The notes below the pieces were generated by a model. The model ran no database searches and had not been told where the DNA came from. It worked only from the letters and a program-made list of their open reading frames with translations. This document shows, piece after piece, positions 9,042 to 16,976 of a stretch of 64,000 nt of DNA (position 1 is its first letter; each line of letters opens with the position of its first letter). Both the position numbers and the translations under genes were made by a program. Where the stretch lies: positions 20,269 to 84,268 of the forward strand of contig DYTN01000006.1 of assembly GCA_020725925.1 (NCBI GenBank), in the 5' to 3' direction. The DNA comes from Methanobacteriota archaeon (GTDB lineage: Archaea > Thermoplasmatota > Thermoplasmata > UBA10834).

Positions 9042-9964
9042 TCGAACTACAGAACTTGACCAAAACCTTCGGATCACTGAGAGCCGTCGACAACCTCAGC
9101 CTGAGCGTTCCGAAGGGTCAGACTGTTGGATTTCTGGGACCTAACGGCGCTGGCAAGACAACGACCATCAGAATCATGACCAATTCGATCAGTGCGACAA
9201 GCGGTAGCGTACTCCTTAACGGGATAGACGTGAGGGCCAACCCGAAGCAAGCCTTGGGCTCTGTGGGGATAGTCGTTGAGACTCCGGAATTCTATTCCTA
9301 TCTGACTTCCCTTGAGGTTCTGGCGTATCTTGGAAGCCTCAAGGGGTTGCAGCCGAATGAAATCAAGCGGCGGAGCCAAGAAGTCCTTCATCTGGTCAAG
9401 ATGGATGAATGGAAAGACACGCGCGTCGGTGGTTTCTCGAAGGGTATGAAGCAACGGCTCGCGATTGCCCAGGCCATGCTTCACGAACCTGAGATACTCA
9501 TTCTCGACGAGCCCACGACAGGCTTGGATCCGCGAGGCATGGTAGAGGTGAGGGAGGTCATTCGTCGGCTCAAGAGGGAAGGATACACGATCTTCATGAG
9601 CTCGCACTTGTTGCCGGAGGTCCAAGAGGTCTGCGACAGCGCCGCCCTGGTCAATCATGGAAAGCTTCTGGCCTACGATTCCATTGACAATCTCGGAAAG
9701 ATGGTGAAGAACACCAGGATCGAGGTCATGACCTTTTCCGACATCCCGCCGTCCATCCTTGACAGAATCAAGGAACTTCCGCAAGTACGCTCGGTCGACC
9801 TTGTGAACGCACGCTCGGTCATAGTCACCATCGAGGATTCGCCCAGTGCTCGTGCCGATCTCCTCGGTTCGATCCAGAATGCTGGCACCCCCGTCACTGG
9901 GTTTCAGCCTATCGATCTCCCACTAGAGACGATCTACATGGATTTGGTGAAAGAGTCGAGGTGA
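9038..9964 (+). CDS. ABC transporter ATP-binding protein (CcmA/multidrug type)
   Basis: Walker A GPNGAGKTT, signature FSKGMKQR, Walker B LILDEPT, H-loop SSH. Confidence 0.95.
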   Translation: MIELQNLTKTFGSLRAVDNLSLSVPKGQTVGFLGPNGAGKTTTIRIMTNSISATSGSVLLNGIDVRANPKQALGSVGIVVETPEFYSYLTSLEVLAYLGSLKGLQPNEIKRRSQEVLHLVKMDEWKDTRVGGFSKGMKQRLAIAQAMLHEPEILILDEPTTGLDPRGMVEVREVIRRLKREGYTIFMSSHLLPEVQEVCDSAALVNHGKLLAYDSIDNLGKMVKNTRIEVMTFSDIPPSILDRIKELPQVRSVDLVNARSVIVTIEDSPSARADLLGSIQNAGTPVTGFQPIDLPLETIYMDLVKESR

Positions 9965-9970
9965 TTGTAG

Positions 9971-10804
9971 ATGACAGAGGATGTAATGAGGAGACGCCAG
10001 TTACCGTCAGACCTCGTCCAGACACTGATTGTATGGAAGTACGAATCTCTGAAGTACCTCAGGTCATACAGGCTTGTCGGTTCAATCGTGATAGTTCTCG
10101 CCATCGTCGCCCTCGTCTACGTGGGTCCCATCCTGGCCGGGAACGGCTATGGCAGCGTAGATGCTGAGGCCTTCGCGTCGAACTTCGTCCAGTTCGCTAG
10201 CATGCTCATCGTAGTCTGTGCGACGTTCTTCGGAGCTGACGCAATTGTCGGCGAATTTCAGAACAGGACTGGTCACACAGTCCTTTCGAGCGCGGTGAAC
10301 CGGCGCACAGTCTATGCGGGAAAATTCAGCGCAAGCGCGATCATGGGCATATGTGTGGTGGCACTATTCTACGCAAGCATCGGCATCCTCTCGTGGTTGA
10401 CTATCGGCAATGTCGACGACGATTTCGCGATATCGTTTGCATATGCCCTGGAGCTACTCCTGGCTGCAACAGCGGTGGCCTACCTGATCAGCGCCATCTT
10501 GAAGAGCACGACTGGCGCATCCGTGCTCAACTTCTTCCTCTTGATTCTCGTCCTTCCGATAGTCGATATGATGGTGTCCTATGCTGGCATAAGGCCCGAA
10601 GGGTCGCTCACCTTCTCAGCAGGAGTCATAGGCAGCGTGTTGGCAGATCCGTATCCAGTAGACACCACGGTGACAATGCACGGGATCACGTCATCTCGAT
10701 TCTTTCCGGATCCGGCACTTGCCGCCATCGTCCTTCTTGCATATGGATTGGCCGCTCTGGCGATGGGGATTCTCCTATTCAGGAGGAGGCAATTGCAGGG
10801 CTAG
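9971..10804 (+). CDS. ABC-2 type transporter permease
   Basis: About six hydrophobic helices and an 'IVGEFQNRT' EAA-like motif, directly after the ATPase gene. Confidence 0.85.
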   Translation: MTEDVMRRRQLPSDLVQTLIVWKYESLKYLRSYRLVGSIVIVLAIVALVYVGPILAGNGYGSVDAEAFASNFVQFASMLIVVCATFFGADAIVGEFQNRTGHTVLSSAVNRRTVYAGKFSASAIMGICVVALFYASIGILSWLTIGNVDDDFAISFAYALELLLAATAVAYLISAILKSTTGASVLNFFLLILVLPIVDMMVSYAGIRPEGSLTFSAGVIGSVLADPYPVDTTVTMHGITSSRFFPDPALAAIVLLAYGLAALAMGILLFRRRQLQG

Positions 10805-10813
10805 TGGGAAATG

Positions 10814-10837
10814 CGTCGCATGTAATGGGATATTAAC
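10814..10837 (+). repeat. 24-bp site D
   Basis: CGTCGCAT-GTAATGGG-ATATTAAC, 10 bp after the permease stop. The spacer differs from site A by one base. Confidence 0.65.
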
Positions 10838-11212
10838 CGAGCATTTCGCCGAGCGGGGGGTTCGAGGCCGTGCAGCACGTAGCAGAAAAGCAAATGTACT
10901 GCTGAGGGAATGGTACGAATGTGTACAACGCCGCTGCGACGCGAGGAATTCGATCTCGAACTGGGAACTCAGGTCTTATATCGGGCGGAAGATACTCAAG
11001 GAATGCGAATAGCTGCCGGGCTAGGTGATGTAGGTGGCGTACCCGGAACCAATCCCTGTTCTCAAGTCGAAGGAAGCCAAGGAGTTCGAGAATAGATTGG
11101 ACTCATTCAAGCTCAGCGGCGCCCAGAAAGAGTTATATCGACAAGCAATTGAGAGATTCGGCTCCAGGTAGACGATCACCGGCGAACATGGGGGCCTGAG
11201 TCCATCGCGCGG

Positions 11213-11788
11213 TTGTTCGAGCATCCCAGCGAGATCGATACCTTCAGACTCAGGTTCGAACCATTCAAATCTGACTCCCTTCAGGTGAGATCCGTTGACT
11301 GTGGAAACAGGGCTCTCAACGATTTCCTTAGGTCTGAAGAAGTCGCCAACTACGAGCGGGAACTGCTTGGAAAGACGACTCTGGTCTTCTACGAAGGAGA
11401 TCTTGCAGGATACTACACAATGAGCAGCGGATCCCTCAGATCTGAGTACCTCAAGACTTGGAGGAGCTTCACGAAGGCCGGTGAAGTTCACCTGAACGCG
11501 ATACCCTGTTTGATTGTTGGTAGACTTGCCGTTGACGGGAGATGGCAGAACAAAGGGGTTGGAAGAACAGTCATGCAGAGAATCATGATTCACGCCCTTG
11601 ATTGCTCGAGACATGCGGAGATCCGTTTAGTTGTGGTTCAGGCGAAGAAGGAAGCCACTGATTTCTACAAGAAGCTCGGGTTTGATTTCGTCGCAGAGAC
11701 CAGTGAAGAAAGGAAGAGATTCAAAGCTAGAAACACGAGGACGATGTTCTTCGATATCCTCGAGCTCAGTTACCTGAGAACCATCTAG
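11213..11788 (+). CDS. GNAT family N-acetyltransferase (AtaT/TacT toxin-like)
   Basis: 'DCGNRALNDFL', 'GYYT', 'GRLAVDGRWQNKGVG', 'FYKKLGF'. Confidence 0.85.
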   Translation: MFEHPSEIDTFRLRFEPFKSDSLQVRSVDCGNRALNDFLRSEEVANYERELLGKTTLVFYEGDLAGYYTMSSGSLRSEYLKTWRSFTKAGEVHLNAIPCLIVGRLAVDGRWQNKGVGRTVMQRIMIHALDCSRHAEIRLVVVQAKKEATDFYKKLGFDFVAETSEERKRFKARNTRTMFFDILELSYLRTI

Positions 11789-12126
11789 ACTACATCAGAA
11801 TCACTCGAGACTGGGGTCGAAAGGTCCACGATCCTCTGAGCAGGCACATCAAGTTGAAACCAGCCGACCTCTCCAAGTGGCGAGCTGATCAGAAGAATCA
11901 GAGATATACAGTATGTTTTCGAGATCCAACCTTCGGTTGAAGATTGGCCTCATCGGAAAAGTGAATCCAATCTACTTAAAGAATGGCACGTGGCTGGCCA
12001 CAGTGGCAACTCCGCGTCCTTCTGATGCGTATTGTACTATGATGCAGCATTTTCACGTCAATGTCATGCATCATAATACAACATGCTCGGCAATGCCTAC
12101 CCACGTACTGCTGAGGCTTCCTGACT

Positions 12127-12150
12127 GTCCACATGCGGTGGGATTTGAAC
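12127..12150 (+). repeat. 24-bp site E
   Basis: GTCCACAT-GCGGTGGG-ATTTGAAC; the left arm is identical to site B. Confidence 0.75.
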
Positions 12151-12247
12151 TGACGCCCGTTCATCCCCGACGACCTGACATATCCAAGACTCGGCCGCGA
12201 GAGGCTACGAGCAGCAACAAAGTATAATACACTCGGCAGGAATCTCG

Positions 12248-12562
12248 ATGCGACAAGAGAACGAGGCCCTGAGGTCGAACATGACGGAAGCTTGTAGAAC
12301 GGCTCTGCCAAAGGGCATGTCCATCCGCCGAATTGCGGCTGAGATCGAACAGGCAGCGCAGAACAAACTCTGGGTTATGAACCACATGGCGGAACTCAGA
12401 GAGAAGTATCCTGACCAGTTCGTCGCATGCAGGGATGGGAAGATTGTTGCCAGTGCGAGTTCGAGTGAGGGGGTCTTCCGCAAACTCAAGAAAAAACGGG
12501 AGGACCTGTCTCTTATCGCCATCGAATTCGTGCCGAAGGACCGTGTGATTTGGCTCCTTTGA
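12248..12562 (+). CDS. DUF5678-domain protein
   Basis: 'WVMNHMAELREKYPDQFVACRDGKIVASA...IEFVP...WLL'; TATA-like gtataat about 25 bp upstream. Confidence 0.7.
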   Translation: MRQENEALRSNMTEACRTALPKGMSIRRIAAEIEQAAQNKLWVMNHMAELREKYPDQFVACRDGKIVASASSSEGVFRKLKKKREDLSLIAIEFVPKDRVIWLL

Positions 12563-13078
12563 TTGTTCATCCGGCGCGGTGGCGGTCTCTTGAGGAAATT
12601 CCCAGCTAGGATCTCCGATGATCCTGATCAAGCTGAGGCGTTCTTCTTCACGTGCTATGTTCTGGCTCATGACCATCTCAAGGGGGCTTTGGTGAACTTC
12701 TACCTCGACACAGGTTCCTCGGACGTGATCATGGGGGAGAACGATCTCAAGAAGATTGAGATGCCTCTTGCATCATTGCCACACGCGCCCGAGCCCATCG
12801 CTGGATGGGGCGGCACTACAGTCGCGTTCCTTATGACGAACGTCTGCCTGTACCTGACTGATAGTGAGGGGAAGACCGAGGCCTTTGAGGTTCCTGAGGT
12901 GATCTGTGGGAGGAACCCCAAGCATGACAAGACGAAGACAAAGGGGATGCAAAGAATCACTGAGACCCGAAGGATTCCAATTCCCAGCGTCATTGGAAGG
13001 AGGTTTCTCCGGGACACGGGATTGATTGCCCATGTCGACGTGAAGGGCAGAGACATCTGCCTGTTCTCCCCGGGCTAG
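12563..13078 (+). CDS. Clan AA (retropepsin-like) aspartyl protease family protein
   Basis: 'FYLDTGSS' catalytic-type motif and C-terminal 'SVIGRRFL'; abuts the DUF5678 gene. Confidence 0.7.
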   Translation: MFIRRGGGLLRKFPARISDDPDQAEAFFFTCYVLAHDHLKGALVNFYLDTGSSDVIMGENDLKKIEMPLASLPHAPEPIAGWGGTTVAFLMTNVCLYLTDSEGKTEAFEVPEVICGRNPKHDKTKTKGMQRITETRRIPIPSVIGRRFLRDTGLIAHVDVKGRDICLFSPG

Positions 13079-13133
13079 GACCCCTGTAGATCGGCAGAAT
13101 CACACAGAGATTTCCGCGCGCGCATCCGAGTGG

Positions 13134-13157
13134 GTGTGCATGTAGGGGAATGCAAAC
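13134..13157 (+). repeat. 24-bp site F
   Basis: GTGTGCAT-GTAGGGGA-ATGCAAAC; spacer identical to site C, right arm identical to site G. Confidence 0.8.
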
Positions 13158-13177
13158 CAGGTTCAGCTCATGGCACA

Positions 13178-14395
13178 TCAGACCTTATCCTCGAGCATGA
13201 ATCGCCACAATGGTAAGAGCTCAACGCCATCGACGCGCCCGCTCTGGTTCCTCGTGATGACGATCTTCCGCTTGGCCTTCAGGTCCTTCAGATGAGAGAC
13301 GTCATCCAGGTTCACCCGGTCGGAGTACTTGACCTCGTAGCACGAATCTGGAAGGACGAAATCCACCTCCCTTTCGCGGACGAGACCGTAGGCGGGGTTG
13401 TAACCGCGTTCTCGCAGCTTGTTGAACACGCAGTTCTCAACTAGGCATCCGATGTTGACTGTGGGGCTCAGGATGTGCACGATGCCTGTGTCGCTCAGGT
13501 AGGCCTTCCTCGGAGCTGCCATACTCTCGGCCACCTTCCCCTTCAGCCGGATTGTGTGGATCAGGTTCGCCTCCTCGAAAGCCGAGAGGTGCTCGCGCAC
13601 AGTCTCATGCGATATGCCGAGGATCCTTGCGATCCTTCTCGGCGACAGCTTAGAGCCGCAGCTCTGTGACACTATCAGCAGTAGCTCCCTGAGGACCCGC
13701 ATGTTCCTCACACCGCGGCGGGCACCGATGTCCTTGTACAGTATGGAGTCGATGAGGGTCGTCAAGTAGCCGGGGTCGCCCGTCTTCAGATACTCTGGAA
13801 GGCCCCCTGCGCGAACGAAATCCTCGATATGTCTGACCATCAGATGGGAATCGCTTGGCTTTGTCCTGATCTTCTTCATGACGAGGTACTCTGAGAAACT
13901 GAACGGGAAGACCTCAATGAATGTCTGCCTGCCCGTCAGGAACGAACCCTTCTCGACCATAAACAACGACGAAGAGCCGGTGGCGAAGACCTTGACGTGC
14001 CCAAGATCGTATGTCGTCTTGAGCTCCTGTTCGAAACCATCCCTGAGATGGACTTCGTCGATGATTGTTGTGAATCGATCGTTGTGTTTCAGACCATGGA
14101 GCCGCCTGTAGCTGTTCAGAACGTCCAGGATTGATTCTCTTACTAGCGAGGGGTGGTCCATGGAGAAGTAGAGGATTCTTCTCGGATCCTGCCCCCTCGA
14201 AATGAGTTCTTCGATGTATTGGCGGACCAGCGTGGTCTTTCCAACTCTGCGGAGACCGGTGACGAAGACAATCTCTTTGGTTCGCTCTCGTCGACTCAGC
14301 TGCTCGAGATATCGGGTTCTTCTGATTCCCTCAGCCCTGAATGGGGATTCCCACCACGGGTTGAAGATTGCCAGGACTTCTTCCACGAAGTGCAA
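13178..14395 (-). CDS. AAA+ ATPase with DUF4143 nuclease-like domain (COG1373)
   Basis: Walker A GLRRVGKTT, Walker B IIDEVH, 'ATGSSS', 'LTGR', and C-terminal 'EVDFV...YEVKY'. Confidence 0.85.
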   Translation of the reverse strand: MHFVEEVLAIFNPWWESPFRAEGIRRTRYLEQLSRRERTKEIVFVTGLRRVGKTTLVRQYIEELISRGQDPRRILYFSMDHPSLVRESILDVLNSYRRLHGLKHNDRFTTIIDEVHLRDGFEQELKTTYDLGHVKVFATGSSSLFMVEKGSFLTGRQTFIEVFPFSFSEYLVMKKIRTKPSDSHLMVRHIEDFVRAGGLPEYLKTGDPGYLTTLIDSILYKDIGARRGVRNMRVLRELLLIVSQSCGSKLSPRRIARILGISHETVREHLSAFEEANLIHTIRLKGKVAESMAAPRKAYLSDTGIVHILSPTVNIGCLVENCVFNKLRERGYNPAYGLVREREVDFVLPDSCYEVKYSDRVNLDDVSHLKDLKAKRKIVITRNQSGRVDGVELLPLWRFMLEDKV

Positions 14396-14417
14396 AGGAC
14401 ATCAAGGAGTATATATA

Positions 14418-14474
14418 GGTGTCCACTACAAGTTGACACCCTATATAAACAAACGATGCAAGACGCTTGACACA
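14418..14474. promoter_or_regulatory. Operator-like motif (second copy) between divergent TATA boxes
   Basis: ggtgtccactacaagttgacaccctatat, with TATA-like tatata on both flanks (about 14410..14417 and 14442..14449) and an extra ttgacac at 14467. Confidence 0.55.
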
Positions 14475-14501
14475 TCTGCCATGAAGAACTCTCTTGAGCA
14501 T

Positions 14502-14525
14502 GTCTGCATGCAGCGGAATGCAAAC
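14502..14525 (+). repeat. 24-bp site G
   Basis: GTCTGCAT-GCAGCGGA-ATGCAAAC; arms are 7/8 complementary and the spacer differs from site B by one base. Confidence 0.8.
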
Positions 14526-14611
14526 ATGTGACAATGCGGCCCTTGGAGTTGTGTCTAGTTTCACTGCACGTACTGGGAAAGACTAACCAGTCAAAGTCAG
14601 TCCTCTTAGTG

Positions 14612-14905
14612 ATGGAGTCCGATGGGCCCTCCGACACTTGTGAGAGGAAAGCGTTGTTCGTCGCCTGGCTCAAACGTAACAGCGCAGGCAAGACACTACG
14701 CGTCTGTAGGAGGAAACTCAAACATCCGGACCTGGCGGAGGATACCCTGACTTCATTTCCCAGCAAGATCTGCATTCAACGACAATACGGCGAGGAGTTT
14801 GTTCGTCTTGAGGACCGCAAATGGGCGGATGAACTCGCGAAGACCTATGAGGTGAAGGTGATGCATCATGCCCAGCGCATTGGGCTGAAAAAAGATTTAC
14901 TGTAA
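14612..14905 (+). CDS. Hypothetical protein, paralog of 3345..3647
   Basis: Homology to the first copy begins after ATG 14612 (the ORF track extends to GTG 14528). Confidence 0.75.
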   Translation: MESDGPSDTCERKALFVAWLKRNSAGKTLRVCRRKLKHPDLAEDTLTSFPSKICIQRQYGEEFVRLEDRKWADELAKTYEVKVMHHAQRIGLKKDLL

Positions 14906-14956
14906 CAAAAAAGATATATATGGTAGAATGCAGGTACGGATAGAACTAGCTCAGAT

Positions 14957-15466
14957 GTGCCCAACATGAGGAACGAAAAAGTACGCTCAATTCGCGACAC
15001 GGTTGACGTGGTCGACGCCCCTTTCGGGGGCCTGTTCGGGAGTATATCACAACAGAAGGTGCTCCAGGAGCTGGTCGCCGATCCGTATTCAACCTACACT
15101 CCAAGAGACCTCACAGAGCTGACAGAGCTCACAGAGCCGACTGTGCGAGAAGCGATTGCTGCTCTGCTCCAACTTGGGATTCTCAGGAACATATCTCGGC
15201 GCAGAATGCGGCCGGTGTATCAAGTGAATCTAGACTCGAAAAGAATGGTCGCGCTGATGTTTCTCAGTTATGCAACTCTGGACGATAGGTACGGCGAGGA
15301 CCATCTGAGCGACGCCGTCAAGTGCTACTACGAGACGGTTCAGTCTTCGTGTCTTGAGCTCGAACCAGGAGAAGTGACAAGCGTGATGGGGGATTCATAC
15401 TGGAGCATTGCCAAAGAGGCGCTTTCAAGCGAGAAGGGGTATGCAGCCGCAGCGGCGGGGGTGTAG
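14957..15466 (+). CDS. Winged-helix (ArsR-like) DNA-binding protein
   Basis: 'PFGGLFG...VLQELVADP...TPRDLTELTELTEPTVREAIAALLQLGIL'; paralog of 3739..4260; TATA gatatatat upstream. Confidence 0.75.
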   Translation: MPNMRNEKVRSIRDTVDVVDAPFGGLFGSISQQKVLQELVADPYSTYTPRDLTELTELTEPTVREAIAALLQLGILRNISRRRMRPVYQVNLDSKRMVALMFLSYATLDDRYGEDHLSDAVKCYYETVQSSCLELEPGEVTSVMGDSYWSIAKEALSSEKGYAAAAAGV

Positions 15467-15469
15467 AAG

Positions 15470-15811
15470 ATGGCAAAGAGACCGAAATCCGATCTGGAGC
15501 CGTCCCCTAGACCCGGGGACTCAAGGATTTCAATAGATCTAAGGAAGATCTACGAATTTGACGCCAAGGACATAGTGCCTGAGATCAGCACGATCAGGTA
15601 CTCCAACCTGGCTTACATCCAGGTCACGCCGCGGGACCTCTACATAGATTTCCTGGAAATGCCCGGCGTGAAGAAAGATGGCCGGATGGTCGTGAGCGGG
15701 GTGAGGGTCTACATGTCTCACGTAGCAGGTCAGAGGCTCTCCCAGACTCTAGGGCACACCATTTCGGAGGTCCTCGAGAAGGGCAAGATTGAGGAACTCA
15801 AGAAGAGATAG
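15470..15811 (+). CDS. DUF3467-like protein
   Basis: 'YSNLAYIQVTPRDLYIDF...VRVYMS...QRLSQTL' fits the DUF3467 pattern as recalled. In frame with the upstream wHTH gene (TAG AAG ATG). Confidence 0.6.
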   Translation: MAKRPKSDLEPSPRPGDSRISIDLRKIYEFDAKDIVPEISTIRYSNLAYIQVTPRDLYIDFLEMPGVKKDGRMVVSGVRVYMSHVAGQRLSQTLGHTISEVLEKGKIEELKKR

Positions 15812-15907
15812 AACCGTCGAGTGGGGCTCTGCAGTTCTTACCCTTGCATTTCGACAGAATCGAGACATGGAATGGATTTGCAGGGGTAATCTAGTGCCTC
15901 AGATTGC

Positions 15908-15931
15908 TGCTACATGTAACGCAAATCCTCA
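15908..15931 (+). repeat. Integrase-proximal variant site I2 (attI-like)
   Basis: TGCTACAT-GTAACGCA-AATCCTCA; same 46-bp offset as I1, and the right arm matches I1 at 6/8. Confidence 0.5.
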
Positions 15932-15946
15932 CTATGGAACTCAGCC

Positions 15947-16972
15947 ATGGACACGGTTGTGGGTCGCGATCCATGGGTTCCATGTCAACGGGCCTATCTT
16001 GAGGCGATCAGAAGCTACTACGCTCCGAAGACCCTCCAGACAATGGAGCGAGGCTTCAGGACTTTACATAGGGCCTTCCTCGAGCTTAGGAAGGATGGCA
16101 AGGTCAGCACAACGAATCCTCAGATGTTGACTAAGGACGACATCGCGGCCTTCATGGAATGGATGAGGACGAGGAAGACGAGGCATGGCATCAGCCTTAC
16201 ACATGCCACTCAAGCCAACTACATGGACTACCTCAACGGACTTATGAGGTTCGAGAACAACGGGGTGATCGACCAGATGAGAAAGCTGCACTATGTGCGC
16301 TTCCCTCAGAAGGTGTCTGCCGAAGTCAGAGTACTGCCAGAGTCTCGAGTCGAGGAGATCCGCTCAAAGCTTAAGACAATACCGGGGTACGAAGGCGCTG
16401 TGGCACGGTTCATGGTGGCGATGTACGCCTACTCAGGTCTCAGAAGATCTGAGCTTCGCCGAGCTAGGTTCGAGGACCTTAACATCGACACCTGGACGAT
16501 TATGGTTGCTCATCCCAAGGGCGAGAGCAACTGGGCCGTCGCCTCTCCCGCACGGATATTGCACCCTGCCCGTGAGACGGTCGTCGAGTTCCTGGCAGAA
16601 CGAAATCGGTATCTGGCTGATGCCGGCATCGAGTCATGCGAGGTATTGGTGCCTAAGATCATCGATGGCGTCGCAGGATATTGGACTGACGGGATGTGGG
16701 GGAAGATCAAGGCAAAGGCTGAGAAGTGGTCAGGAATCAGGTTCCGGATCCAGACTCTGCGGGCCACTTTCGGTCAGATGTGCATCGATTGGGGCGGCCG
16801 TCCCGATGCGGTCTCTAGGGCGCTCAGACACAAGACCACACGGACGACCGAACTCTACTACGCCAGGATACGGCCGGATCATGCTTTTCGTCTTCTCGAT
16901 CAGGCTTACGATTCTGCTCATAGCGAGAAGAGGTCCCCACAAAAGCCCCTCGGTTGGGAAGAAGCCAGCTAG
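15947..16972 (+). CDS. Tyrosine recombinase / site-specific integrase (copy 2)
   Basis: Same motifs as copy 1 (SGLRRSEL, HPKG, QTLRATF, LRHK, ELYY); roughly three-quarters identical to copy 1 by eye. Confidence 0.9.
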   Translation: MDTVVGRDPWVPCQRAYLEAIRSYYAPKTLQTMERGFRTLHRAFLELRKDGKVSTTNPQMLTKDDIAAFMEWMRTRKTRHGISLTHATQANYMDYLNGLMRFENNGVIDQMRKLHYVRFPQKVSAEVRVLPESRVEEIRSKLKTIPGYEGAVARFMVAMYAYSGLRRSELRRARFEDLNIDTWTIMVAHPKGESNWAVASPARILHPARETVVEFLAERNRYLADAGIESCEVLVPKIIDGVAGYWTDGMWGKIKAKAEKWSGIRFRIQTLRATFGQMCIDWGGRPDAVSRALRHKTTRTTELYYARIRPDHAFRLLDQAYDSAHSEKRSPQKPLGWEEAS

Positions 16973-16976
16973 TCCG

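Noticed and set aside
12077-12100. Extra 24-bp site candidate TACAACAT-GCTCGGCA-ATGCCTAC
   Set aside because: It has the CAT-N8-ATG geometry, but the spacer and left arm fit poorly. It may be a relic; not counted without a PWM score.
12140-12150. tRNA-like T-loop (reverse complement GTTCAAATCCC), also at 16991..17000 and 8324..8334
   Set aside because: No D-arm, anticodon arm or acceptor stem can be folded. These strings are the right arms of the 24-bp sites. A distant tRNA-derived origin of the sites cannot be excluded.
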